Of a stretch of 64,000 bases of DNA, positions 12,147 to 23,700 are shown piece by piece (the stretch's first letter is position 1; each line of letters begins with the position of its first letter). The DNA lies in assembly GCA_035221665.1 (NCBI GenBank), contig CM069160.1, forward strand, positions 31,372,001 through 31,436,000, read 5' to 3'. The stretch is from Okamejei kenojei. Lineage: Eukaryota. The notes under the pieces were generated by a model. That model did no database searches. It had not been told where the DNA came from and was given only the letters and a program-made list of their open reading frames with translations. The position numbers and the translations under genes are program-made.

Positions 12147-12888
12147 ATATATAACCATATAACAATTACAGCACGGAAACAGGCCCTCTCGGCCCTTCCA
12201 GTCCGTGCCGACCATTTGTTTTCCCCTAGTCCCATCTACCTGCACTCAGACCATACCCCTCCATTCCCTTCACGTCCATATACCTATCCACTTTACTCTT
12301 AAATGTTAAAATCGATCCTGCCTCCACCACTTCTGCTGGAAGCTCATTCCACACAGCCACCACCCTCTGAGTAAAGAAGTTCCCCCTCACGTTACCCCCC
12401 GAAACTTCTGTCCCTTAATTCTCATGTCATGCCCTCTTGTTTGAATCTTCCCTACCCTCAATGGGAAAAGCTTATCCACGTTAACTCTGTCTATCCCTTT
12501 CATCATTTTAAAGACCTCAATCAAGTCCCCCCTTAACCTTCTGCGCTCCAAAAGAATAAAGACCTAACTTGTTCAACCTTTCTCTGTAACATAGTTGCTG
12601 GAACCCTGGCAACATTCTAGTAAATCTCCTCTGTACTCTCTCTATTTTGTTGACATCCTTCCTATAACTAGGCGACCAAAATTGTACACCATACTCCAGA
12701 ATTGGTCTTAGCAATGCCTTGTACAATTTTAACATTACTTCCCTACTCCTATATTTAATGCTCTGATTTATAAAGGCCAGCACACCAAAGGCTTTCTTTA
12801 CCACCCTATCTACATGCGACTCCACCTTCAGGGAACTATGCACAGTTATTCCTAGATCCCTCTGTTCCACAGCATTCCTCAATTCCCT
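12147..12888 (-). mobile_element. CR1 subfamily with (ATATGGTT)n tail
   Basis: ORF2 remnant LEYGVQFWSP...ERVQRRFTRMLPG. Near-identical copy at about 16385-16822; further copies near 36085-36350 and 49727-49845. Confidence 0.88.
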
Positions 12889-13281
12889 ACCATCTGTCTA
12901 ACTGTTTCTTAAATGTTGGGATAGTCCCTGCCTCAACTCCATCCTCTCGCAGCTTGTTCCATACACCCACCACCCTTTGTGTGAAAAAGTTACCTGAATA
13001 CAAAAGAACTGAATACAGAACTGAGCACAATACTCTAATGGCCTCGTGTGCGAGTGACCGCTGGTTGTTGCCGACGGGGTGGGCCCAGGGGCCTGTTTCC
13101 ACGCTGTATCTCTGAAACAAAAAAACTAAAACTATAACAGCGGATAGACACAAAAAGCTGGAATAAATCAGGAGCTGGGTCAGACTCTGGAGAAAGGAAA
13201 TAGGTGACGTTTCGGGTCAAGAGTCGGGCCAAGAGTCAAGAGTGTTTAATTGTCGTAAGTCCGAGATAGAACAGTGACAGC

Positions 13282-13516
13282 TTGTCCCACTTTCACAACC
13301 TAATTCACGACCTCTACCGAGTTTGCCATTGACTCGTGCTCGCAACATGGTCACCACGGGGTCGTACGAGGCCGTAGGAGGTCGTGGGTAGGTCGTGATG
13401 TTGGTCGTGGGTACTCGTGACATCAAGTAGGCCGAGGCGTTTCTCTGGCATGATGAAAAATGTCCACGAGTGAAAGAGGTCGTGAATTAGGTCGTGGAAG
13501 TGGGACAGGCCCTTAA
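13282..13516. mobile_element. MITE (GGGCCTGTCCCAC TIR family)
   Basis: gtcccactttcacaacctaattcacgacct ... aggtcgtgaattaggtcgtggaagtgggacaggcccttaa. Related copy at about 26898-27110. Confidence 0.75.
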
Positions 13517-13869
13517 CAGACTCACGACCAAAAACACCACCCATTGCTTTTCTCCGGAGATGCTGTCTGCCCCGCTGGGTCACTCCAGCCTTTTGTGTCT
13601 ATCATCGGGAAATACTTCAATCTTGGTCTTCTTTGGCAAGCGGTCCTGAACATTCTTCAAGTTAAGTCAACTCTATTAGTCACATACACATACAGGATGT
13701 AGAGTGAAATGAAAGTGGCAATGCATGCGGGATTGTGCAAAAAACTACAGAACAACAGAAAAGAACAGAACAGAACCAGTATTTACATTTAACAAAATGA
13801 CACACCACAACAGTATTTACACCCTGGTGAGATCAGAGTTTACAGTCTGTGGGAAGAAACTCCGTCTCA

Positions 13870-14230
13870 TCCTCTCTGTTTCACAGCGTGACAGCGGAGG
13901 CGTTTGCCTGACCGTAGCAGCTGGAACAGTCCGTTGCTGGGGGGGTAGGGGTCCCCCATAATGTTGCTGGCTCTGGATCTGCCCCTCCTGGTGTATACGT
14001 CCTGCAGGGGGGGGGGGGGAAGTGTAGTTCCCATAGTGTGTTCGACCGAACGTACTACTCTCTACAGAGCCTTCCAGTCCTGGGCAGAGCAGTTCCCAAA
14101 CCAGATCGAGATGTTACATGTTACCGGACAAGATGCTTTCTATAGCCCCGGAGTAAAGGGACTGAAGGATCCTCAGAGAGATTCTGAATTTCCTCAGCTG
14201 CCTGAGGTGGTACAGGCGCTGCCTTGCCTT
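13870..14230 (-). mobile_element. Rex1/Babar-type LINE fragment
   Basis: KARQRLYHLRQLRKFRISLRILQSLYSGAIESILSG on the minus strand. Confidence 0.7.
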
Positions 14231-14840
14231 GCAGTTGTATAGGGCTCTGGTGAGACCACATCCAGAGTATTGTGTACAGTGTTGGTCTCCTAATTTGAGG
14301 AAGGACATCCTTATGATTGAGGCAGTGCAGCGTAGGTTCATGAGATTGACCCCTGGGATGGCAGGACTGTCATATGAGGAAAGATTGAAAAGGGCAGGCT
14401 TGTATTCACTGGAGTTTAGAAGGATGGTTGGGGGGGGGGGGGGGGGGGATCTTATAGAAACATACAAAATTATAAATGGACTGGACAAGACAGATGCAGG
14501 AAAAATGTTCCCAATGTTGGGCGAGTCCAGAACCAGGGGCCACACAGTCTTAGAATAAAGGGGAGGCCATTTAAGACTGAGGTGAGAAAAAACGTTTTCA
14601 CCCAGAGAGTTGTGAATTTGTGGAATTCCCTGCCACAGAGGGCAGTGGAGGCCAAATCACTGGATGGATTTAAGAGAGAGTTAGATAGAGCTCTAGGGGC
14701 TAGTGGAGTCAAGGGATATGGGGAGAAGGCAGGCACGGGTTATTGATTGGGGACGATCAGCCATGATCGCAATGAATGGCGGTGCTGGCTCGAAGGGCCG
14801 AATGGCCTCCTCCTGCCCCTATTTTCTATGTTTCTATGTT
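14230..14840 (+). mobile_element. CR1-type LINE 3' fragment
   Basis: ORF2 C-terminal motifs plus CTATGTTT tail. Confidence 0.9.
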
Positions 14841-14983
14841 TCTCAACAGTGCGGCAGTGGTGGGAGAGCAGTGGCATATTTATCTAGGTGAGCCACAGTC
14901 TATCTTTGGTTCAAACGAGCATCTGCAGTTCCTTCCAACACAACTAAAATGGCGGATGCGTTAACATGGGTCTTTCATTCCAG

Positions 14984-15301
14984 CACCACCCCAGTCTCCT
15001 CCGCTGGTTCACTTCCACCACCCAAGCCCCGAGGACGTTCTTCAGCAGCAGGAGATTGCCTTGCTGTGCGTGGCCGAGGACTTTTACCCCGAGGCCATCT
15101 CCATTACATGGTCGATGGACGGGCAGGAGGTGAGCGCAGGCGTCTCGCATTCAGAGGCCCTGTTGGGGCCCAACTCCACCTACACCAAGATCAGCAAGTT
15201 GTCCACCACCACGTCCAAATGGATCAAGGGCTCCGTCTACAGTTGCCATGTGGCCCACGAGACTCTCGATTCACCCATCTCCAAACACGTCAGCAATGCT
15301 G
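14984..15301 (+). CDS. Ig C1-set constant domain exon 1
   Basis: Acceptor tctttcattccag|, donor g|gtaagt, 318 nt, phase 1/1. PPQSPPLVHF...LLCVAEDFYPEAISITW...PNSTY...KWIKGSVYSCHVAHETL has the C-x4-F-Y-P, W and Y-x-C-x-V-x-H motifs. Confidence 0.95.
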
Positions 15302-15474
15302 GTAAGTTCATGTTCATAACGTCTAGGGAGCAGAATTAGGCCATTCGGCCCATCAAGTCCACTCCGCCATTCAATCATGACATCTGTCTCTCCCTCTCAT
15401 TCCCATTCCCCTGCCTTCTCCCCATAACCTCTGACACCCGTACTAATCAAGAATGTATCTATCTCATTAACCAA

Positions 15475-17135
15475 CAGACAATAGGTGCAGGAGTAGGCCA
15501 CTCGGCCCTTCGAGCCAGTACCACCATTCAATGTGATCATGGCTGCTCATCCACAATCAGTACCCCGTTCCTGCCTTCTCCCCATATCCCCTGACTCCGC
15601 TATCTTTAAGAGCCCTATCTAGCTCTCTCTTGAAAGTATCCAGAGAACCGGCCTCTGAGGCAGAGTATTCCACACTCACAACTCTCTGCCTTATAAATAT
15701 CCATTGAAGGCCTCCACAGCTTCTGTGGCAATGAATTCCACAGGTTCACCGCCCTCTGACTAAAGACATTCCTCCTCATCTCCTTATTAAGGGCATATCC
15801 TGTTATTCTGAGGCTGTGTCCCCCGGTCCTAGACTCTGCCACTAGTGGAAACATGCTCTCCACCTCCATTCTATCCAGGCCGTTCGCGATGCGGTAAGTT
15901 TCAATGTCTCCTCTCATCCTTCTGAACTCCAGAGAGTAGAGACCCATCGGCCCTTCAGCACAATTTCACCGACCAACATATCCTCAGCCACACTCGTCCC
16001 ACCTGACCGCTCTTGGCCCATAGCCCGCTAAACCTATCCTAGCCATAGAAACATAGAAACATAGACAATAGGTGCAGGAGGAGGCCATTCGGCCCTTCGA
16101 GCCAGCACCGCCATTCATTGTGATCATGGCTGATTGTCCCCAATCAATAACCCGTGCCTGCCTTTTCCCCATATCCCTTCACTCCACTAGCCCCTAGAGC
16201 ACTATCTAACTCTCTCTTAAATCCATCCAGTGACTTGGCCTCCACTGCTCTCTGTGGCAGGGAATTCCACAAATTCCCAACTCTCTGGGTGAAAAATTCC
16301 AAAGAGTTTTTTCTCACCTCAGTCTTAAATGACCTCCCCTTTATTCTAAGACTGTGGCCCCTGGTTCTGGACTCACCCAACATATAACCATATAACCATA
16401 TAACAATTACAGCACGGAAACAGGCCCTCTCGGCCCTTCCAGTCCGTGCCGACCATTTGTTTTCCCCTAGTCCCATCTACCTGCACTCAGACCATACCCC
16501 TCCATTCCCTTCACGTCCATATACCTATCCACTTTACTTTTAAATGTTAAAATCGATCCTGCCTCCACCACTTCTGCTGGAAGCTCATTCCACACAGCCA
16601 CCACCCTCTGAGTAAAGAAGTTCCCCCTCACGTTACCCCGAAACCTCTGTCCCTTAATTCTCATGTCATGCCCTCTTGTTTGAATCTTCCCTACCCTCAA
16701 TGGGAAAAGCTTATCCACGTCAACTCTGTCTATCCCTTTCATCATTTTAAAGACCTCAATCAAGTCCCCCCTTAACCTTCTGCGCTCCAAAGAATAAAGA
16801 CCTAACTTGTTCAACCTTTCTCATGGCATGCCCTCTTGTTTGAACATTGGGAACATTTTTCCTGCATCTAGCTTGTCCAGTCCTTTTATAATTTTATATG
16901 TTTCTATAAGATTCCCCCTCATCCTTCTAAACTCCAGTGAATACAAGCCTAGTCTTTTCAATCTCTCCTCATATGACAGTCCCACCATCCCAGGGATCAA
17001 TCTGGTGAACCTACGCTGCACTGCCTCAATCACAAGGGTGTCCTTCCTCAAATTAGGAGACCAAAACTGGACATAAAACCCCAGAGATGGTCTCACCAGA
17101 GCCCTGTACAACTGCAGAAGAACCTCTTTACTCCA
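15475..17135 (-). mobile_element. Nested antisense CR1-type LINE fragments filling the C1-C2 intron
   Basis: Several ORF2 C-terminal/3'UTR remnants with (ACAATAG), (AAACATAG) and (ATAACCAT) tails as read on +. Confidence 0.85.
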
Positions 17136-17203
17136 TGTACCAGTCTACTGCAAATGCTTCTCAAACGATACGATAGTTTCGAATGTGATTGTGTTTTCCA
17201 CAG

Positions 17204-17521
17204 GGCAGTACCCCAAGGTTCCCGCGGTTTACGTTTCGCCAGCGCGCCGCGGGGAAATGGATGCAAAGGACACCACCATTTCTTGCCAGGCGGCCGGGTA
17301 TTACCCCGGTGAAATCACCTTCCACTGGTCTGTCAATGGAGATCCGGTGGTCAATGGGGCCAAACGTTACGAGCCCATTCGAAACGACAACGGCACCTAC
17401 AGCGCCCGGAGCGAATTGGTGACGTCCACGGATATGTGGAACCTGGGTGCCGTCTACACGTGCAAGGTCCAACATGTCTCGGTGCCAGGCGGGGTGGTCA
17501 GAAGCATTAATAAGACACGGG
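17204..17521 (+). CDS. Ig C1-set constant domain exon 2
   Basis: Acceptor gttttccacag|, donor g|gtagga, 318 nt, phase 1/1. PKVPAVYV...TISCQAAGYYPGEITFHW...DNGTYSARSEL...WNLGAVYTCKVQH. Confidence 0.95.
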
Positions 17522-17596
17522 GTAGGAAGCCTCCTCGTTTCTCCCGTTCCGCACCTTCCCCTTGTTCGCGCCTTGAACATACGCCCAACCCTCAAT

Positions 17597-18139
17597 TGAG
17601 AAAGAGATAGAGAGGTTGGGGGGGGGGGGGGGGGGGGGGGGAGGAGAGGGAGAGCGGGGAAGGAGGAGAGGGAGAGGGAGGGGGAGAGGGAGAGGGAGAG
17701 GGAGGGGAGAGGGAGAGGGAGAGGGAGAGAGGGGTGAGGTAGAGGGAGCGGGAGAGGNNNNNNNNNNNNNNNNNNNNNNNNNNNNNNNNNNNNNNNNNNN
17801 NNNNNNNNNNNNNNNNNNNNNNNNNNNNNNNNNNNNNNNNNNNNNNNNNNNNNNNNNNNNNNNNNNNNNNNNNNNNNNNNNNNNNNNNNNNNNNNNNNNN
17901 NNNNNNNNNNNNNNNNNNNNNNNNNNNNNNNNNNNNNNNNNNNNNNNNNNNNNNNNNNNNNNNNNNNNNNNNNNNNNNNNNNNNNNNNNNNNNGGGGGAT
18001 GAGAGAGAGAGAGAGACACACACACACACACACAAGGCGAGAGAGAGAGAGACAAGGCGAGGGGAGAGAGAGAGAGAGAGAGAGAGAGGACGAGAGAGAG
18101 GGGGGGGGGAGAGAGCGACAGAGAGAGAGAGAGAGAGAC
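17597..18139. repeat. Poly-G/(GA)n/(CA)n low-complexity tract containing assembly gap N 17758-17993
   Basis: Directly visible in the sequence. Confidence 0.95.
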
Positions 18140-18502
18140 TATTGTCATATGTCCCAAAAAAGAACAATAATATTGTTACTAGCAGCAGCTGTAAGCAGCA
18201 TGGGAAATGCAAAATGTTCAGTACATATACATCTGTACACACACCTATACATATCATTATTTTGCACTGCTATTGTCTCATCCTTCTAAACTCCAGAGTG
18301 TATACAAGCCCAGCCGCTCCATTCTCTCAGCATATGACAGTCCCGCCATCCCGGGAATTAACCTTGTAAACCTACGCTGCACTCCCTCAATAGCAAGCAT
18401 GTCCTTCCTCACATTAGGGGACCAAAACTGCACACGATAAAACACTCTCCGTGTCTGTAACCGGCCAAGGTTTGATTTGTTGTATTTCCTGTCTCCTGCC
18501 AG

Positions 18503-18825
18503 TCCTGGTCTTCCGCCAGCCGACTATCACCCCAATCAGACTTCCGTCGGACAACTCGGTGCAAGCGCAGACGGTGACTCTCGCCTGCTACATATCGGGC
18601 TTCTACCCGCCCGACATCTATGTGACCTGGAAAACCGAGAGGGGCGTGCAGGAGCTGGACTGGGTCACCAACTTCCCGGTGGTGGCGGACGCCAGCGGGT
18701 CCTACAGTACCGCCAGCCAGATGACCATCCCCCTGTCCGATGTCGACCGCTCTCTCACCTACGTGTGCATGGTGGCACACGACTCCATCTCCTTCCCCAT
18801 CGAGGAGTGGTTTCAGATCAGGTAA
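18503..18825 (+). CDS. Ig C1-set constant domain exon 3 (ends at in-frame TAA, or splices at 18821)
   Basis: Acceptor ctcctgccag|, phase 1. QPTITP...VTLACYISGFYPPDIYVTW...SGSYSTASQMTI...TYVCMVAHDS...FQIR*. The stop overlaps a possible donor AG|GTAAAC. Leader+V+C1+C2+C3 = 1374 nt = 457 aa plus stop. Confidence 0.93.
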
Positions 18826-18904
18826 ACATCTCACGTTATCAAATGTTCAGGAAAGAACTGCAGATGCTGGAAAAATCAGGGGGGCAGCATCCCAGGCATC
18901 TAAA

Positions 18905-19680
18905 TGTTTAAGAAGGAACTGCAGATGCTGGAAACTCAGCGGGTGAGGCAGCATCCATGGAGCGAAGGAATAGGCGACGTTTCGGGTCGAGACCCTTCTT
19001 CAGACTGATGTGAGGGTGAGCGGGAAGAAGAGAGGAAGAGGCGGAGACAGTGGGCTGAGGGAGAGCTGAGAAGGGGAGGAGAAAGTAGGGGCTACCTGAA
19101 AAGTCAATGTTCATACCGCTGGGGTGTAAACTGCCCAAGCGGGATATGAGGTGCTGCTCCTCCAATTTACGGTGGTCCTCACTCTGGCCGTGGAGGAGGC
19201 CCAGGACAGAAAGGTTGGATTGGGAATGGGAGGGGGAGTTGAAGTGCTGGGCCACCGGGAGATCAGGTTGGTTATTGCGGACCGAGCGGAGGTGTTGGGC
19301 GAAGCGATCGCCAAGCCTACGCTTGGTCTCACCGATGTAGAGCAGCTGACACCCAGAGCAGCGGATGCAATAGATGATGTTGGAGGAGGTGCGGGTGAAC
19401 CTCTGCTTCACCTGGAAAGACTGCTTGGGTCCTTGGATGGAGTCAAGGGGGGAGGTAAAGCGACAAGTGGAGCATTTCCTGCGGTTGCAAGGGAAAGTGC
19501 CAGGAGAGGAGGTGGTACGGGTGGGAAGGGACAAATTGACCAGGGAGTTACGGAGGGGGCGGTCCATGCGGAAAGCAGACAGGGGAGGAGATGGGAAGAT
19601 GTGGCCGGTGGTGGGGTCACGTTGGAGGTGACGAGAATGACGGAGGATTATTTGTTGTATGTGACGGCTGGTAGGGTGGG
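18905..19680 (-). mobile_element. Penelope-like element 3' fragment (GIY-YIG endonuclease)
   Basis: IYCIRCSGCQLLYIGETKRRLGDRFAQHLRSV...VAQHFNSPSH...KLEEQHLISRLGSLHPSGMN. Confidence 0.9.
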
Positions 19681-19944
19681 GAAAATGGTAACTTGTTAAT
19701 ATAAGGACATAGGAAGCAATATTCCGGGGGTGGGGGTGGGGGACGAGGGGGGGGGGGGTGTTGCATGGGCCTATCGAGCCGCCGCACCGTTCAACGCGAT
19801 CAAGACTTTTTCCTTCACCGGCTGAACCCCATTGAGCATAAACGTAACCCCTCAAATCGAATATCCATCGATATATTCGCAGCCCTCTGCCGCAAAGGAT
19901 TCTAATCATTTGCAAGCTTCAGAAAGCACAAGTTCCCTCTGAAG

Positions 19945-20763
19945 GTTACACAAAAAGCTGGAGAAACTCAGCGGGTGCAGCAGCATCTAAGGAGCGAAGG
20001 AGATAGGCGACGTTTCGGGTCGAGACCCTTCTTCAGACTGGTCAGGGATCAGGGAAACGAGAGATATAGACGGTGATGTGGAGAGATAAGGAACAATGAG
20101 TGAAAGATATGCAAAAAAGTATCGGTGATAAAGGGAACAAGCCATTGTAAGCTGTTTGTGGTGTGAAAATGAGAAGCTGGTGCGACTGGGGTGGGGGAGG
20201 GAGATAGAGATAGAGGGAATGCCAGGGCCCGAGGGCTGAGGGAGAGGTGGGAAGGGGAGGAGACAGCAAGGGTTAACAGAATTGAGAAAATTCAATGTTC
20301 AAGCCCAGAGGATGCAGACTCCCCAAGCGGAATATGAGGTGCTGTTCCTCCAGCTTGCGGTGTTGCTCACTCTGGCCATGGAGGAGGCCCAGGACCGAGA
20401 GGTCGGATACGGAATGGGAGGGGGAGTTGAAGTGCTGAGCCACCGGGAGTCGGGTTGGTTATTGCGGACCGAGCGGAGGTGTTCGGCGAAGCGATCGCCA
20501 AGCCTCCGCTTGGTCTCACCGATATAGATCATCTGGCATCTGGAGCAGCGGATGCAGTAGATGAGGTTGGAGGAGGTGCAGGTGAACCTCTGTCGGACCT
20601 GGAAGGACTGCTTGGGTCCCTGAAAGGAGTGGAGGGGGGAGGTGAAGGGACAAGTGTTGCATTTCTTGCGGTTGCAAGGGAAAGTGCCCGGGGAAGGGGT
20701 AGAGCGGGAGGGGAGGGAAGAATTGACAAGGGAGTTGCGGAGGGAGCGGTCTTTGCGGAAGGC
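19945..20763 (-). mobile_element. Penelope-like element with 14-bp target-site duplication
   Basis: GIY-YIG remnant (IYIGETKRRLGDRFAEH), flanked by AGTTCCCTCTGAAG at 19931-19944 and 20764-20777. Confidence 0.9.
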
Positions 20764-23700
20764 AGTTCCCTCTGAAGCCCTGTCAATGGTGCACGTACAA
20801 AATGCAATTCTTGCTCTGCACAGAGTAAGGTTCAAAGCTAGTAGTGTGACAGCAACCCTTTACAAGGCTGTTCAATGAGGCATCGTTAACACTGAAGGAG
20901 ACTTTCATCTGGAATCAATTCTTTGTGACATCAAACACAAAACTATTATTTTTGCCCAACCCTTCCCTTCCCCTATAAAAATGTCACCTTATCACCTTAA
21001 ACCAGTGCTTCTTAAACTGGTGAATTGTTCACCCAAGGGCGAGTGAAATTATTTTTGGGGTTAATGTTACTAGAGGGGAGAATGACTTAACTTATTTAGA
21101 TGTTTTATTTTTCTGTACATAAAATGGCATTGCTGGTAAAGTCGAGTCAAGTCAGGTCAAGTCAATTTTATTTCTATAGCACATTGAAAAACAACTCTCG
21201 TTGGCCAAAGTGCTGTACACCAGCGCAGGTACTAACGTGCTACATACAGTGGTACATAGATCTGACAATACATACACAAATCATACGTACAGCGCTCCCT
21301 CAGAGGACCACAAGAGACGCTTGTGAGTAGAAATAGCTTTTAAGTCTAGACTTAAAGGAGTCGATGGAGGGGACAGTTCGGATGGGAAGAGGGATGTTGT
21401 TCCACAGTCTAGGAGCTGCAACCGCAAACCGCGGTCGGTCGCCCCTGAGCTTAGAAACATAGAAAATAGGTGCAGGAGTAGGCCATTCGGCCCTTCAAGC
21501 CTGCACCGCCATTCAATATGATCATGGCTGATCATCCCCAATCAGTATCCTGTACCTGCCCTCTTTCCTTACCCCCTGATCCCTTCAGCCACAAGGGCCA
21601 CATCTAACTCCCTCTTAAAGCTATAGCCAATGCAACCGGCTGAGCTGAAACCAACTAGAGAAGCCCCAATCGGCGACCTGAGGGGCCTGGAGTTAGAAGA
21701 GACATCTTTGCCACTCTCTTTATAAATGTGAATGAAAAATGTTTTAAGACCAATTCTGGAGTATGGGTGTCAATATTGGTCGCCTAGTTATAGGAAGGGT
21801 CAAACGAAAGGAATTCCCCCTTAATTGAACTGAAAGGGATAAACGTGGAGTCATTGATGGAGGGGGCAGTTCGAATTGTTTAGGGGTAACGTGAGGGGGG
21901 AGGGGGGATGCTGCTGTAATTGTTATATGTTATATGATTAAGTTGTTCCACAGGCTAGGAGCTGCAACCCCAAAGGGCGCTGAAGGGTCGCCCCTGAGCT
22001 GGAAACCTAGACCGCGGGATAGTCAGAAGCCCCAAGTCACGGCCGATCTGAGGGGGGGGGGTAGAATGGTGGGTTAGAAGATTTTTGATATGGGGGGGGG
22101 GGGGGGTATCAAAGTATGCTGCTTTACACCGAAGATAGACATAAAATGCAGGAGTAAAACTCAGCGGGTCAGGCAGCATCTCTGGAGAAAAAGGATAGGT
22201 GACGAAATGATTTAAGAATAAGGGGTAAGCCATTTAGAACGGAGATGAGGAAACTCTTTTTCTCACAGAGAGTGGCGAGTCTGTGGAATTCTCTGCCTCA
22301 GAGGGCGGTGGAGGCCGGTTCTCTGGATGCTTTCAAGAGAGAGCTAGATAGGGCTCTTAAAAATAGCGGAGTCAGGGGATATGGGGAGAAGGCAGGAACG
22401 GGGTACTGATTGTGGGATGATCAGCCATGATCACATTGAATGGCGGTGCTGGCTCGAAGGGCCACATGGCCTACTCCTGCACCTATTGTCTATTGTGTAT
22501 TGTCTATTGAAATAAGGTTCTCATTTCCATGTTCTCCAGAGATGCCGCCTTGTCACCTGAGTTACTCCAGCACTATATATCCCAACATCAATTCTCAACC
22601 CAGAATTCCTGCCAGGTGAAATCCCAAGAGGAGGACATTTGGCCCATCGGATCGTTGCTGGTTCATTGAAAGAGTGACGCCATGTCCAATTCCTTCCACG
22701 CAATCTTGCAAATGGTTGCTTCCAATGCATGTTCTTAAACTCCTTATCGTGAGCTCCGATTGCATCTGCTCGTGCTGGCCGCTGTGCTCCGGGTTGCAAT
22801 TGGTCCTGGAAAGGGAACTTGCCGTATTTCCTCCCAACAACATCAGGGAGTCCCCCGGGCTCTATCCTGACTGTTGGTGCTGTCTGTGCGTTCGCCCTGG
22901 GACCGCGTGGGTTTTCTCCGGGCGCTCCCGTTCCTCCCCACGCTCCCCAAGACGTGCAGGTTTGTAGGTTAATTGTGTTCGGTTTTAACACAAAAGCAAA
23001 TTGTCCCTGTAACTTGTCAAATGTAAAGTGTGTAGGATAGTGATAGGGTTCGGGCTTGATCGCTGGACGACGCAGACTCAGTGGGCCGAAGGGCCAATGT
23101 CTGAGCTTTATATCTAAAGCCAAAGGTTTGAGGAGTGAGTTGAGGCCAGTGTATATGACTCACTGTGGACGGTGAACTTTAGTTCAATCAACAGTCAGAA
23201 TCCAGTTAAAAAGAGGGGAGTCTGACTAGTAATATGACCTGAAAGCAGCATTGAATCTCCTGAGATTGTAGAGTGTAATATGGCCTCTTCAGTCAGAGGG
23301 TGGTGAATCTGTGGGATTCATTGCCACAGAAGGCTGTGGAGGCCAAGTCAGTGGATATTTTTAAGGCAGAGATAGATAGAGTGAAGGCAAATTCCAAGGC
23401 AAATTAATTGCATGTGAATACTTGGCCAATAAACTTACTTACTTACTGACTTACATACTTACTTATCCCACGCATCAGAGGAGACTGCTGAGAGGAAGAG
23501 GGATCAAGGGATCCTAGTACTTTAGTTTACATCAGAAATGTAGATCAGTACGGGTGTCAGGGGTTATGAGGAGAAGGCAGGAGAATGGGTTTAGGAGGGG
23601 GAGATAGATGAGCCGTGATTTAACGGCAGAGCAGACTTGACGGGCCGAATGGCCTAATTATATTCCTATTCCTTATGATCTTTTGCCAAAGAAAATGCTA

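Noticed and set aside
17161-18289. Long ORFs with X runs (also 27576-28428)
   Set aside because: Artefacts of N gaps and low-complexity DNA; only 17204-17521 is a real exon.
11585-18825. Conventional IgM/IgW/IgNAR cluster, TCR, tapasin or SIRP gene
   Set aside because: No RSS/D/J segments, secretory tailpiece Cys or TM exon. V+3xC1 with a GxG J motif does not fit tapasin (V-C1-TM) or SIRP (V-C1-C1-TM). A germline-joined Ig is not fully excluded without phylogeny.
20824-20878. Alternative phase-2 tail exon (R)VRFKASSVTATLYKAVQ*
   Set aside because: The acceptor is acceptable, but there is no recognisable tailpiece or TM character and no nearby AATAAA; likely chance.
22521-23123. 200-aa minus-strand ORF
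   Set aside because: It spans a SINE and a Penelope tail, with no protein motifs or convincing splice sites.
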